From: an uncultured Chloroflexia bacterium | Lineage (GTDB): Bacteria > Chloroflexota > Limnocylindria > Limnocylindrales > CSP1-4 | Direction: 5' to 3' | Assembly: GCA_963828165.1 (NCBI GenBank) | Contig: CAWHDR010000001.1 | Location: forward strand, 1,120,001-1,184,000 | DNA length: 64,000 nt | Shown here: in pieces, positions 63,742 through 64,000 of the stretch | Layout of the letters: each line of letters opens with the position of its first letter | How positions within the stretch are numbered: position 1 is the first letter of the stretch | Translations under genes and position numbers: made by a program | The notes under the pieces: model-generated | The model's input: the letters and a program-made list of their open reading frames with translations, nothing else | Told to the model about the DNA's origin: nothing | Database searches by the model: none

Positions 63742-64000
63742 CTAGCCGAGGCTCCGAAGGACCTCGGCGTACTCCGCGGGCTCCCGTGGATCGCGGCTTC
63801 CATTGATGACTTTCCAGCGGACGACACCGTCGCGATCCACGATGAACGTCCCTCGGAGGGCCGTGCCCACAGCGCCATCGAGGACGCCATATGCCTCGGC
63901 GACGGCGCCGTGCGGCCAGAAGTCAGACAGGAGCGCGAACGTAAAGCCCTCCTCCTCCGCCCACCGCTTCTGGGATGCGGACTGGTCGACGCTGAGAACC
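63742..64000 (-). CDS. Peroxiredoxin (AhpE-like), 3' part
   Basis: Manual translation VLSVDQSASQKRWAEEEGFTFALLSDFWPHGAVAEAYGV...RGTFIVDRDGVVRW...SLG*. Confidence 0.85.
   Translation of the reverse strand, partial: VLSVDQSASQKRWAEEEGFTFALLSDFWPHGAVAEAYGVLDGAVGTALRGTFIVDRDGVVRWKVINGSRDPREPAEYAEVLRSLG

Overview
High-GC bacterial chromosome segment. The gene set and protein style suggest Chloroflexota (Limnocylindria-like); that assignment is inference only. Roughly 1-37 kb is core genome: holB, an NYN nuclease with a ~500-aa RNase E-like disordered tail, a GNAT, livKHMGF, hpt with a coupled PD-(D/E)XK-like gene, csoR with its operator, an orphan histidine kinase, rsmG, a KimA-USP-TrkA-TrkA potassium cluster, hspR-lon-dnaJ-clpB with a HAIR-like operator, a Nudix hydrolase, a VWA lipoprotein, a divergent purH, glpX, a YeiH-type exporter, a persulfide dioxygenase-rhodanese and kynU. 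From ~37.8 kb to the end, codon usage is visibly more A/T-rich and the region is an accessory catabolic island: LLM oxidoreductases, a cyclic amidohydrolase, alpha/beta hydrolases, an ABC importer, a Cys-less maleate-isomerase homologue, an acetone-carboxylase/hydantoinase pair with fused gamma domain, a CoA transferase, a citryl-CoA-lyase-like enzyme, a ThDP enzyme and MFS transporters. A recurrent GATTG-N4-CAATC GntR-type operator links its promoters. A J-domain-HTH fusion gene sits at the island edge. About 17 single-base frameshifts, often in homopolymer runs, look like long-read errors. No rRNA, tRNA, CRISPR array, integrase or transposase was seen.
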